Shown in pieces: positions 52,065 to 64,000 of a stretch of 64,000 nucleotides of DNA. This stretch comes from Epiperipatus broadwayi (Eukaryota; Animalia; Onychophora). The DNA lies in NCBI GenBank assembly GCA_028023455.1, contig JAQFVV010000009.1, forward strand, positions 13,392,001 through 13,456,000, written 5' to 3'. Position numbers and translations under genes: made by a program. The notes beneath the pieces were generated by a model. It had not been told where the DNA came from and did not search any database. It worked only from the letters and a program-made list of their open reading frames with translations. The first letter of the stretch is position 1. The number at the start of each line of letters is the position of its first letter.

Positions 52065-53014
52065 ATGGAAAATATGGATGATAATGAGATCCATTTCCGG
52101 ACTATTATAGAATTGTTTAAACAAGGTGAAGAAAGAGCGAAAAGATGGGAAGAAAGCCGAAAGAGAGGTAAGGAACTTAGAGCACTGTACAGACTCCTCC
52201 CTGGATGGCAAGATATGGCAGAAGAACTCCTGAACCAGAAAGTAGAGACCAGTGATTCAATAAATTATGATATAGGCCAGAGTACCAACACTAGCATCCT
52301 CGAAATTGACAAACGCTGCATAAAGAACAATCAAGAGGTCATTGAACCAAGAAAAGATAAAACAGACCTGAACTTGGTAGGGTCATTAACAGACGAATCC
52401 CTGAACTAGAAAATAAAGACAAATGATTCCGCAAAGAAAACTGATACACCAGACCAGAGACCTCAAACTCAGCCAACCAAGCTCGTCAACATTAAGATCT
52501 TTCACGAAGTCAAAAAATGTCCACAACTTGATTTAGCAAAAATAGTTCCAGCAAATGAGATAGGGGACATAGGACCTCAAGCCCAGCTTACCAAGCTTCT
52601 TCACATAAAAACTTTTTATGAGGTAAAACAATGTCCCCAACTGTATTTAGACAGGATATTTCCAGCCAATGATGTATGAGACCTAGGGCCTCAAACCCAG
52701 CTAACCAAGCTTACCCCAATATCAAAGTACTTCAAGAGAACAAGGAAAATATCCCACCTGATATAGCAAGAATATATCAACAGGATGAAGTAAAGGAAAT
52801 AGTGAAAACAATGATGGCACTGGATTACAGCCCATCGGCCAAGGAGCCACCAGATAAGGCAAATAATTGTGACAACCTGAGGCTACAGTTAATGACCAGC
52901 ATTTTGAAACCCCTTGTATATCAACCACCAGACAATAAAAAAAGGCCTGATAATCTGAAACTGCAATTATTAAAATATAAAGGCAGTTATCACCCACCAG
53001 ACCCAGGATTATAG
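52065..53014 (+). pseudogene. Disrupted ORF (~316 codons) for an unknown repeat protein inside the LTR-like element
   Basis: ORF 52065-52409 continues in frame past TAG (52407) and TGA (~52677), then one frameshift near 52712 joins ORF 52676-53014; three 114-nt (38-aa) repeats start at 52461, 52575 and 52689; ends YHPPDPGL-stop. Confidence 0.75.
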
Positions 53015-53332
53015 TAGTATTTTTTTTTTTAACAAAAAAAAAAAAAGGAATGGACACATCACAATATAACTGAGAAAGGAGATCAGATAAACCAATGTTA
53101 AACTTTTAAAATATTAAATAAAAATTGTTGAAGGAGATAATAGACAAAATGTTCGCTAGATGGTAGATTATTTTTTTTATATGATCCAGGTGTATAATTC
53201 AGTTTCGTTTCATCATTATATTTATATACTGTACGTAATGGGTTATCTTGTAAATTTTTTTTATGCAGGCTTCATAGGTGGACACCTGTTGTAAGATCTT
53301 TTTTTTTACAATTTTTTTTTTGTTCCATCACT

Positions 53333-53341
53333 AAGGGAATG
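53333..53341 (+). promoter_or_regulatory. Short polypurine-tract-like sequence before the 3' repeat
   Basis: AAGGGAATG abuts the TGCAACAG start of the second repeat. Confidence 0.4.
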
Positions 53342-56315
53342 TGCAACAGTAAGGTCTGCTTTGCAATCTTCGTTTCACCTTTTCTCACCTATTTCCTACC
53401 CTCATACCTTAGTTTGAACCCCAATCTATCGTAGTGTGTCTGCAATACGCTTATATACCGAACATCCCGTCTAATTTTAAACCACGAGTACAATGCTTGT
53501 ATTATATATAAGTATAACTCATGCCCAAAAATATAAAATATTATAGATTATGTATATGTTCACATAATTTAGATTTATTTAAAAGTAGGTTATATAGGTC
53601 ATAATTGCACACACACTATGATATACATTTTAAAACTTATATCAAAATTATAAATTGTTAATTAAAGTTATTTTGTTTGAATCTATTTACAAATATATTA
53701 CAGTCGTAATATATTTTTGATTTAAAATAAAATTCATATTCGTTTAGTAAATAGATTCAAATATTGAGATTTAAAAGTAAAATAATTTTCTTTTAATTTA
53801 ATAAAAGTCATTCCAAATATTTCTGTTAAAATAAATGAGGGACAATAGTTTAATTATTTGATGTTATCGAAGCTTATCTAAAAATACAGCAGATGTCCAC
53901 TTAAGGTTTTCTTTTAATTAATAAAAATTATTTTAATTAAATCTAGTTTGTAATTCGAATGTAGACAAGGAAATTAACAATAGAAATTAATTAAAATTTT
54001 GTTGAATTCCTTTAGACATTCGGATAGGTTTAATTACAGCTGATAAGTAAGCAAAGTCCGATATATTTTTGTAACGCTCCAGGGCAGTTCTATTGTTTAT
54101 TTCCACTATAAAAAGGAGGGTTTTCTTTTGTTCTCCATTCTGGTCATTTGCTGATGAAATGTTTCTAACCAAAATTATTCTAGTTTTTGCTGATGAAATG
54201 TTTCTAACCAAAATTATTCTGGTGTTGCTAATGAAATGATTCGAGTCATATTCTAGTAAAATATTCTTATATTTTCCTGAGATTTTAGCTACGTGCCTGC
54301 GAACTTATATTTGAAGCCGAGTTTTCATCTCCAAATTAATTTACCATGTTTACCCCACCTATTGATAACCATGACATGACTGAATAGAACCGGCAGAGGC
54401 TATTTCCCTCAGGAATGGTCGGCTGCTGCTTTAGACCATCGGAAGCTATCACGTAAGGAACCCCGGAACTACTGCTGCTGCTGCCAAAAATATGAACAAT
54501 TCCAGATTTTGCTGCTGAATTGATAAAACCTGCCAAACATCAATCTACCTGCAAATGCTTCTCCAGAGGTAATCCAAGAGTTCTTGTGATTCCTAACTAA
54601 CATGCTATAGCTATTTTAAATTGCTTTTCTTTTATTTCACATAACTTCATTATGTATTCTTTTAACGTGTTCAAATATAATCAAAAGTTTTGCTCTCTAT
54701 CCTTGGGTTAATATTTTCTATTTATTAAGCTTTCTTTTATTTTATTATGATAATGTGTCAGAATCATCTTTGACCGAGTGAATTATTCCCTTTGTTGAAA
54801 GTAAGACGCTGCTATTAAGGCATATTTTAAATTTATAATAATTCCCAATTTTATTATCTTGCAAATCATTCATTCGAGGGTGATTCTAATCTTCTTTAAT
54901 ATATATAATAATCACATAGTTTAAAATCTACATGTTATTGATTTTAACCTAATATGAGAGTATGTGCGAGTCAATGATTTAAATGTGTCCCCAAATGCAT
55001 GAATGTGTAAATAAACCTATGCTTTCTTTTAAAACCCGCAAGCATGCATTTTCCTATTTTTAAATACTGTGTTCTACATTAATTACAAAGTTCATCACTA
55101 ACGTCGAGAATGTGCGGACCCTTTTAAATGAATTTCTCGGAATTTGATTGGGCATTTCTCTTAATCCAAGTAAAACCCATTTAGTATGTTTTGTATACAG
55201 TAGTCTAGTATTGCTGGTAAATGAATTGGTTGTTGAGACCGCTTTGTTTTGCTTTTCCAAGGATTTTTACACGGCCAAGTCCGTTCTCTTCGCTTCCTGC
55301 AGTTTCCAGGCAGAGTGTGTCCACAAATGACACACCTGGGAATTAAACGCAGTCGTCACCCAGTCGCTAAGTTTCGGCTGTTCATGACAACACTTTCCTA
55401 TGGGTTAGCAGTGAGCTGCCCTCCATAGTCATTCCAAATATTTCACTACTGTTTTATTTATATATTTATTTTTATGAAGCATCCATGACTTAAATGTGTC
55501 GCACCCTCCATCCTTTAATAAATTCATTACTAGCAATACTGGCCTCCCATCTGCTTTAATTATTATTATCAAATAAATGTCTTGATCACATCCCCACTTT
55601 ATTGCTTAAGAAGCTTTTGTCCGTGCTATTCTCGAAATCAATAAATATTTTATAACACTTAATTTTCAAGTATTTTATTAAACTTTTATAATTACTCAAA
55701 GCACCTTGCACATGTTCCCATCTCTTTAAGCATATTATCGTAATACTATTAGCCCGAGGGATAGAATATATAATTTTGCTTTAAAACCTTTTGTCATTTA
55801 TTGGAATGTAATGCCAACAATTATTTAGTAAGTGTCCCTGTCTCATATAAGCAGACAGTGGCGTTATATATATTTCTATATAAATAAATTTTGAAATCAT
55901 TTAAAACTAATTTTGATCTTTTATTTTATTGATTCCTATCACTGTCTCCGTCTATATATCTATTTTCTGCATTTCTTTTGTACATCCATAGACGTTAATT
56001 AGCCACCAAAACTTATCTTAGTATAGAGACTTTTGTTTCTCCCTGACCACCAGGCACTACATCCATAGACGTTAATTAGCCACCAAAACTTATCTTAGTA
56101 TAGAGTCTTTTGTTTCTCCCTACCACCAGGCACCGGTAAAAGTTTATACTAGTAGTAGTATCAGATGCGTTATCACGTAGGTGGCGCTGTGAAATTTGGA
56201 CTTTAGATTCGAACTTAGTATATCTAGAAGGCAAGCCCTCCTAGAATGTTCAGTTTCATGTTTGGGGTTTGAATTCTGCAGTGTGTTAGCGAGATAGATG
56301 ATTCTGACTGTTACA
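53342..56315 (+). repeat. 3' LTR-like repeat (2974 bp)
   Basis: Begins TGCAACAG and ends CTGTTACA (7/8 inverted termini, TG...CA); collinear with 47859-50774. Confidence 0.9.
55981..56133. repeat. 77-bp tandem duplication private to the 3' repeat
   Basis: tacatccatagacgttaattagccacc...accaccaggcac starts at 55981 and 56058; only one copy in the 5' repeat (~50518-50593). Confidence 0.9.
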
Positions 56316-58681
56316 TAGTATTTAGCTTCACTATCTTTATTGTATCACTGCACTAAACAGTAAAGGATATTTATTTTATTTATTGAATTGGGCCAATTGA
56401 TCAAGGGATATTCAAGACCAAAAGCAATGGGCTAAATCTAGCAAATTCATTCAATTGATCAATGTGATTTTTTTTACTACCTCAGTTGGGATACTAAGTT
56501 GTAAAATGAGTCAGGAGTCTTTGACTCTTCAGTCAACAGTGAGCTAAATCACAATAGGACGTAATACTTAAGAAGTGACTAAGAAATTTTTGTGAAGAAG
56601 TTTTTTAGTTAATCTATTACAAAATACAAGTAGTACGAACTAACATTCTTCAACATTTTGTCAATTATTACAAAAAGAAAACTGTGTGTAGCATTTAAAA
56701 ACTGACATTTTGACAGTAAGCAAATTATAGTTTATAAATAATTTTTGTATCTCTGCAATTCTTTGTTTTGGTAAGAATAAAAAGGAAAAGCAAGTCTAAA
56801 CAATCCCCCCATATAGCAGCACTCTATGATGAAAATTTTATATGGCTAGAAGAATGCCACTCATATGATCACCAGGAGTCGACTGCTACTTGTTGGCAGT
56901 TCGTAATAATAAAAAGATAATCCGAGGCATCTTTTTTTTTTTTTTTGCTACAGTTTCTGTGTATATTTTACAACTATTTTTCAGTTTTTAAAAAATTGAT
57001 AAATAAATTAGGGGGCACAAATGTTTAAGAAGTATTAGAAGAACTGCAAATTCTTATTTAAAACGAACACCAGCATATTCTGAATTGATAGAAACAAGAT
57101 GTGCAGAAAACTTTAAATATTTAAAATAAAATTCATGACCAAGGAAATAGGTTTTTACTATTTTTCAGAATACTGGCAAGTGATTTTTAAAACGCTTTTC
57201 TACCCTTCCCCCTACCATCACCCTGTTTGCTGCAGTTTGTGCTCAAGAATTTCAACTGTCTCTGGAGAGTCGCGCTTTTCAAATCCTCACTTTGCTCACA
57301 TGACCAGGCTGATAACAGGCAGGATTAAGGATAATCCCATCCTGCTGAGTCTCTGAGTCATGAAGAAATATATTAAAACTCGGTAGGCAACACAAAGCTC
57401 TCAAAACCTATTATTTTCAAAAATTGTTTGGGTATTTATGACAAAATAGACCAATGATTCCATGCATTAAAAAACAGAACTGCTATCAAGAAAGATAAAG
57501 TAGATATATGCCAATCTATACAAATATTCAAAAATATGTGCGCGTGTATACTAACTACTACGCAGATATAAAAAAAAAAAATAACTTGACGAAACCATAA
57601 AAAAAAAAAGATTTTAAAAACGTCAAAGTAATATATGTAAATGCCTAATAAATTACTGACTTTCTAAAATGTGGCAAGTAAATTGAATCTTGGCTAGAGG
57701 GGAGACATTCTTTCTTCCAGCAAGACTATTTATATGCAGAAAGGACAGCAATTTAAAGAAATTTGTAACAATAAATAACTAACAATCAGGAGTAAAAAAA
57801 TCCCATCTCCATAATTTGTAAATGACAGGCTTCTATCTTTGACAGATTTATAACATTGGTTTATTAGAACTAGATGGATGAAAGTCACACCCACAGATTA
57901 GACAGTTCTACTTCATGGCTAATATTTTCTACATACTAAAAGTTAATTTTTGTTAACTTGATTAGTTAACAGAGTGTATCTGGAAGTATTTACTTTTTGC
58001 AAAAATTAAATGCAAGAACCTTTAAGAGCCCAAATGTTTTTCAGGTGTTTCTGATGTTTTTGCAAATCTATCAAACTTGTAATAAATAATTATTATTTAC
58101 AGTATAAAATTGCACTTTGAAAATACTAAATTATTATTATTTTTTAAATCATATAAATCTTTTTTTTTTTCTAAATACTTTTAACTACTAAATTCAATTC
58201 TGCCCAATTCACTAAGTGAAAAGCAACTTAGCGATACAATAAAACAAGAATGGGCCACAAATAGCGAATTTTAAAAAAATAAAGTGTAAAGTAAATGAAT
58301 AGTGAAGTAATACTAGAAAAGAAACTCAACAATCAAACAGTTCGTGACAATATATATATATGGCTATTTATCTAATCAAATAGATATCAAATTTATGTTA
58401 CAACTAATATAAAAACTTCAGATTAATGTCTTCTGCATATTATACATGTATTCCATGAATAACTTTTACTTAGGTAAGCTAGAGGCTTGAAACACCTGGA
58501 TTTTGACACTTGTGTTGATAGTTCAATATTTGTATATGTATATATTTACTTTTATTTAAATATAATGCATTCTAAAAACTAGTTAACCTAACTAATATAC
58601 ACAGTCAAGACACTTGAAAAAAGCAGACCCATTATATAACCATTTCCAAACTAATAAAAAATGAACAATAATCATTTAAAT

Positions 58682-60002
58682 CATCATCAACAATGTTCTA
58701 ACAAATGATAGGTCCAGAGAGTAGTCATATCATCAATTCATTCACTTTTCCATTCCATTATCTTCATTGCCAGGTCTTCAATTTCACATAGCTCTTCCCA
58801 TTTCTTATAGCATCCAACAATATCAATCTCTTTGGTCCTCTTATTATTATTTCCACTCATCATTCCCTCCAAAACACCTTTCATTAAACTACAATTTCTC
58901 CTTAATATATGTGCAATCCAGTTTCTCTTTTTCTCTCTGATTTCCTCAATCAACCTTTTTTCATTTACTCTTTTCAAAACTTCATTTGTTATTTTATTCA
59001 TCCAATTAATATTTTCCATTTTTCTCCATGCCCACATCTCAAAGTGCTTCCAGCCCATTTCTAATTTTAGTACTCATTTCCCACATTTCACAATCACACA
59101 CTACACTCCATACATAGTAATTAATTACTCTTTTTCTTAATTCTTTCTTCAAGGGTCCACAAAATATTCTCTTTCTCTTAATATTGCCAATGCTATTCTT
59201 CTTTTAACTTCATCTTCACTTCTTCCATTGTCACTGCTCAAACAACTATCCAAATATCTAAATTCCTTTACCTGCTGAGCTGTTATCATGGATTTCGATT
59301 TGCAGTCTTTGTGCATTTTCCCTTATCCATAAACACTTAGTCTTCTTAACATTAATTTTCATTCCATATTCCATATATCCTTTTTCCAATTTATTCAACA
59401 TATTCTGAAGACACTTTTCATCCTCAGCTATAAGAACCATATCATCTGCAAATCATATATTTTATTATTCTACCTCTAATATTTGCTCTTTCACAGTCTA
59501 AATAATTATTTAGCATATCTTTTAGATAAATATTAAAAAGAACAGGTGTCATACTGCATCTTTGCCTAATTCCACTTTCTATATTCACTTCAAGTCTCAT
59601 TATTCTCCAATTTCTTATCCTTTGTCCAGTATACATATTCAAATCAATCTTCCTCTTTCCAAAATATTTCCTTATTTTTTAAGATTGTCATAAGTTTATT
59701 CCAGATTACTCTATAAAATGCTTTTTCTAAATCCACAAAACATAAACCTATTCCTTTATTCTTTCCAATATATCTCTCTGCAATTGTTCTAACAACATCA
59801 TTAGCATCTCTTATACTCTGAAAAGCAAACTGTTCTCCAATATACTCTACTTTCCCATAAATTAGAGTTAAAAGCCTCAATAAAACTTTAGAAGCATGAG
59901 ATAATCAACTTATAGTTCTGTACTCTTCACATTAAACAGTTTTTTTTTTTTCCTTTTAGCAATTGGAATCATTATAGTTCTTAAAAATTCTTCAGACCAA
60001 AC
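58682..60002 (-). mobile_element. 5'-truncated RTE-clade LINE (second subfamily)
   Basis: EEYRTISLISHASKVLL, LCFVDLEKAF, GIRQRCSMTPVLFNIY, FADD-type region, FEMWAWRKM; (GAT)n tail; 12-bp TSD AATCATTTAAAT at 58670-58681 and 60003-60014. Confidence 0.9.
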
Positions 60003-60199
60003 AATCATTTAAATATTGAATGAAAATTGATAATTATAAATAAGAGATATTAAAAAATGTGTACTTACAGAATAAATATGTACAATGTACATCAATAGAT
60101 AAAAAACAATGGTGTTTGGATATCTAGGGATATTTTCTATCAATATCAGACAAATCAAATAAAATTAATTTTTTTAGAATAACTTTCATTTTACAATGA

Positions 60200-61280
60200 A
60201 TTTTGTTATTTATCAACAATTTTCTATCAATATTAAGTAAATCAAAGAAAAGAGATTCCTTCAAACCTGATTTCAACTTACAATTTTTTCTTGCATTTGT
60301 TAACAGTTTTTCATTAATTTGACACTGATTAAATACAATAATTTATTTGAAATGTCTTTCATTTTGCAATTAATTTTTGCATCTACTTATAACTTCTTAT
60401 CAACCTTAACTTTACTAAATATAATATTCTTTCTAGTTACAGTTTTCATTTTACAATTGGTTTTAGTATTGGATATTTTATCTACACCAATTTGAGAATA
60501 TAAAGGAAAAGTACTTTTTACTCAACTTTCAGTTTTCACAATTTTACTTATTTGTTTCTCTTCTAAGTCTAATGATATACTTTTCTCACTAATTTGAGAT
60601 TCCACTTTACCCTCTTCATTTAATACTTTAATATCTTTAACTATTCCTATTTTTTTAATTGTTGCTCCTGAAACTCATCTGGCTTAGACTGATTATTTTT
60701 TAAGGGCATTTCTATTACAATTTTAGGTTGTTTCCTCTTTTTAAGTCTTTTATCTCAGCAACTGGAGTGTCTACATTTAATACTTTAATCACTTCTCTTT
60801 TAATTGCTGTTTTTGGGACTCTTCTAAACTAACAGAACAATTTTCTAAGGTAGTCCCTATCTTAATTTGAGGATTTAGAGAGTCTAATATTTTTCTCTCT
60901 AAAACTACCTCAAATTCCTTTAATTGAGTCTCTTGAGACTCGACTCTTTTGAAATAACTGAATTATTTTCTAGGGCAATTTCTATTTCAATTTGAGGTTC
61001 TATTTTCTCTTTTTTAGAATCTTTTACTTCTGCAATTAGAGTTTCTAAAGAATCTTTATTCTCTCTTTGTGATCTACTAGATTTATTGATAGTTTCTCTT
61101 ATTTCTCATATATATTTACTACACTCTTTCTTTAATCTCATTACTAATAGACTCTTTCATATCATTAAGAAGAGATTCTATAGATTTTGAAATTATTTGA
61201 CTTATTGTCACTAACATAGAAGGAGATAACTCCTCTTGAGTTTTTTTCATATCATTAACATTTCCTTCACTTACTCATCT
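60200..61280 (-). pseudogene. Decayed ORF for an unknown Glu/Lys-rich protein with ~40-aa repeats
   Basis: Frameshift-linked frames give EPQIEIEIALENNSVISKES..QLKE, NPQIKIGTTLENCSVSLEESQKQQLKE and QPKIVIEMPLKNNQSKPDEFQEQQLKK; strong purine bias on the minus strand. Confidence 0.5.
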
Positions 61281-62199
61281 TTTTATAAATTGATTATGAT
61301 TATAAGCTTATCCAGACACAAAAGATCTATACATCAAAGTGCCCAAACTCTATAGCAATGATTAATAACTAAATATTCTAAACACTCAATAAATTCTCTT
61401 ATAAAATAGTTTCACATCATCATCCACAGAAATCTTAAATATTTTGTCTTAAAATTGACTGTTATAATTTAAAGATATCAATGAAGATTACAAGTCACTT
61501 TATACATGATAAATAGTTTAAAAAGCAACTGATAATAATAAATTATACTTTGTATAAAACAAATTGAAAAATTATAATAGGATCATTAAAATTGATTAAA
61601 CAATCAATTTTCATTACAAAGAATATATAATCACTGTCTAAAAATTATTATTATAATCGTGGCATGAAAATCTGATCATCACAATAGATTTAAAGTGTAT
61701 ACCAACAAGATACTTAGGCATACAACTAATATTTAATACAGTAAATCTACCAAATTAAAATCAACTACTAAAATAACTTCTGGATGTTATACCAATTAAC
61801 AGCTATTTTAATTGGTTGATTATCATGTAATCAAACCATGTATTAAATAAATACACCATATAACCGGGCCATACGTAAGGATGCCATCTATAATTAACCC
61901 CTTACTGATCAATAAATAACAAGTTCAGCAAGCCATTTTGTAACCAATAAAGTTAGGCAAATATAACAGAAAATGCTTAATTTATAACACTGCACATTGT
62001 ACGAGTTAAAACACCTCTCTAAACAAGAAAGAATGTAGATGAGTTAAAATTGTAAATATAAAACTACAAATGGTAAATGCTATTAGCTATCTAACAGAAT
62101 ATATTTGATTAGTCAAAATGCATGTTTTTTCCAATGTCAACTAACCATATATTTGAAATATAAAAATTGAAGATCATCATTTCCAAAAAAATATAAGAT

Positions 62200-63600
62200 A
62201 GTGCACAAGTAAAAGACAGTAATCAGTTAAAAATAGATTAGTACTGTATACACATAAATATCATCATTAGCAGTCATTTATGCACAAGTATAGTCATTCT
62301 AACTTTAAATGAAAAAATAATAATAATATTGAGTTTCTGATGACTATCAATTTATAAACCATAAATATATTTTCATATCATTTGCTGATCCCATAGTTTT
62401 TTTTTTGATATCAAATGATCTGTCTTTTAACTTAAATCTTCAATATCTTAACTAATTATGATTCTCCATTGTATTACATTCTCAGTCATATCCTCAATAA
62501 AAGCAATCAGTATGGTACCTCTTTACAATGTCAAGTTCATAATAAATTTTTTTAAAATCCATCACTATTACCCTTGCTTCAGGGCAAATCACTCACCATT
62601 AGCAGTCATTCATACAATAGTATAGTCATAGTATTTAACATTCTAATGATAAAAAAAAAATAGTTTTGTGATGATAGTGCACACCAATCTATAAACCATA
62701 AATATGTTCACATATATTATTTGCTGGTCCCTCAGTTTGCTTATTTGATATCAAATGATCTGTCTTTTAGCTTCTTAAAAAATCATCAATACCTTAGCTA
62801 ATTTTTATTCTCCATTGTATTACATTCTCAGCTATATCTCTTAATTAAAGCAATCAATATTGTACTGCTTTAGAAAATCAAGTTCATTATAATTTTTTTT
62901 AAGGCCATCACCATCACTTCAGGACAAATCACTCTCAATGCTGCTGCTATTATCACACTAATATAAATAAGTATAAATGAACCATTGCTTTTGGCTTTCA
63001 CTTCTTAGTTTAGATTGAAAAAAATATCATCTTACTTTCTTCTCGGAAACCTGTTAGTTCTTGGCTGAGATACTGGTCACTATTTTTTGTTGAAGGCATA
63101 ATGTCCATGTGAGAATATTTACTTTAATTATATTTATGACACACAACAAAAAACTTGGATTTCACTCCTAGAAACCTAAATCATCAGCCAAGATAGATGG
63201 TACTAAAACTCATAAGGTTTTGAATATAGGTCATTATCTAATGACACCTTTACATTTAGCCATTAAAATAACTATAGGACATTTTCAAATAAAGAAAGAT
63301 TTATTGAACTTGAAGAACTATTATACACCAAATGGACATTATAGAAAAAGGAGCTTTGAAAAAATAATTGATTTAAAAAGTATTTAGAAATTTTATTAAA
63401 CAAAAAAACAGTGGAAATGTAATAAACACATGAGGTTTTATTATAATTAAAAGATTACCTGTTATTCATCTTTTAATTATAACATACCATATCTCAGTTT
63501 ACTGTGAAGACTGGAGGCATATCAGCCAGAGTAGCAATATTAGTTACTTAATTTACTACATGTATGTTAAGTTCTTTGTCTGAAGCTAGAGAAATTAAGG
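62200..63600 (-). mobile_element. Very old RTE-type RT fragment
   Basis: Degenerate motifs in RT order: PPVFT..IKRMNNR, YLSQELTGFREE (QAGFR-like), HLYLFI, LIAFIEDMTEN; boundaries approximate. Confidence 0.5.
62265..62934. repeat. Old ~332-bp tandem duplication within the RT relic
   Basis: cattagcagtcatt at 62265 and 62597; shared blocks tgatatcaaatgatctgtctttta and ttctccattgtattacattctcag; ~75% identity by eye. Confidence 0.85.
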
Positions 63601-64000
63601 CAGCAGAATATTCAGATCAACTGATAACACTTGATCACCAGTGGTGATAGTTTGGTATTGCTTGCTATTTTTTTTAAACACAATTTAACATTATAAATAA
63701 AAGATAATAAAAAAATTATTGTGAAAATTGATGATAAAGAGACTGGCAAAATTAGTTACTCAACTTCTGGAAAATATCAAATGAAGATAATTTATACCTT
63801 AAAGTTATTTTAATGAAAAAATAGAGTACTTTTATATAAAGAATATCAGAATACAGTGTTATTTAAAATAAACATGAGATTTTCAATGTGAAAATTAAAA
63901 AATTTTCAAGGAAAAAATAATAATATAGAAATGCCCGGGGAAGGGGGGGGGTGGATTTTAGAAAAAAAATATCGGAATCCAAAGAGAAAATGGATATGGA

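Larger units (their letters stand above)
47859..56315 (+). mobile_element. Non-autonomous LTR-retrotransposon-like element with ~2.9-kb direct repeats and no pol (LARD-like)
   Basis: Two ~2.9-kb direct repeats around a 2.57-kb interior holding PBS-like motifs, one plus-strand ORF and a purine tract before the second repeat; flanks AAGTAT / TAGTAT. Confidence 0.75.

Noticed and set aside
48507-55330. Antisense and short ORFs retained in both LTR-like repeats (48507-48791 / 53987-54211; 54336-54536; 55060-55260)
   Set aside because: Retention is uninformative at ~95% repeat identity, they have no known motif, and they do not join into one frame; a captured, decayed gene cannot be fully excluded.
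56820-56912. Open frame AALYDENFIWLEECHSYDHQESTATCWQF with weak AG/GT boundaries
   Set aside because: Weak donor (GTAATA), no recognisable homology, and no connection to the 29173 candidate exon.
63030-63108. Minus-strand ATG exon MDIMPSTKNSDQYLSQELTGFREE followed by GTAAGA
   Set aside because: Better explained as the QAGFR region of a decayed RTE RT, since neighbouring RT motifs lie in the expected order.
1-64000. CRISPR arrays, rRNA, tRNA, snRNA genes, telomeric repeat arrays
   Set aside because: No regularly spaced repeat-spacer array and no recognisable structural RNA gene or telomeric tract were seen.

Overview
Very AT-rich, CpG-poor eukaryotic (probably invertebrate animal) non-coding DNA dominated by decayed transposable elements. 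I see no intact protein-coding gene, rRNA, tRNA or CRISPR array, and most ORF-track entries are fragments or antisense shadows of broken TE ORFs. Recognisable elements: several RTE-clade LINE copies, a near full-length L1/Tx1-type LINE (15.8-21.1 kb), a decayed Ty3/Gypsy gag-pol, a pogo/Tigger-like MITE, two hAT transposase relics (SPIN-like and Buster/Charlie-like), and a Penelope-like element (PLE; RT + GIY-YIG) interrupted by a Tx1 fragment. Two structures stand out. (1) A 1.13-kb head-to-head palindromic insertion (13427-14561) is flanked by a 13-bp target-site duplication (TSD) and built from a ~450-bp monomer. It carries three minimal type I hammerhead ribozyme motifs closely related to a fourth motif beside the PLE (36010-36051), and a second, more degenerate hammerhead-like family occurs at 0.2 and 47.3 kb. 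Together these suggest a PLE/retrozyme-type system. (2) An 8.5-kb element (47859-56315) has ~2.9-kb LTR-like direct repeats, tRNA-Lys primer-binding-site (PBS)-like motifs, no pol, and one disrupted ORF for an unfamiliar 38-aa-repeat protein. All alignments and identities were estimated by eye; no database search was run.
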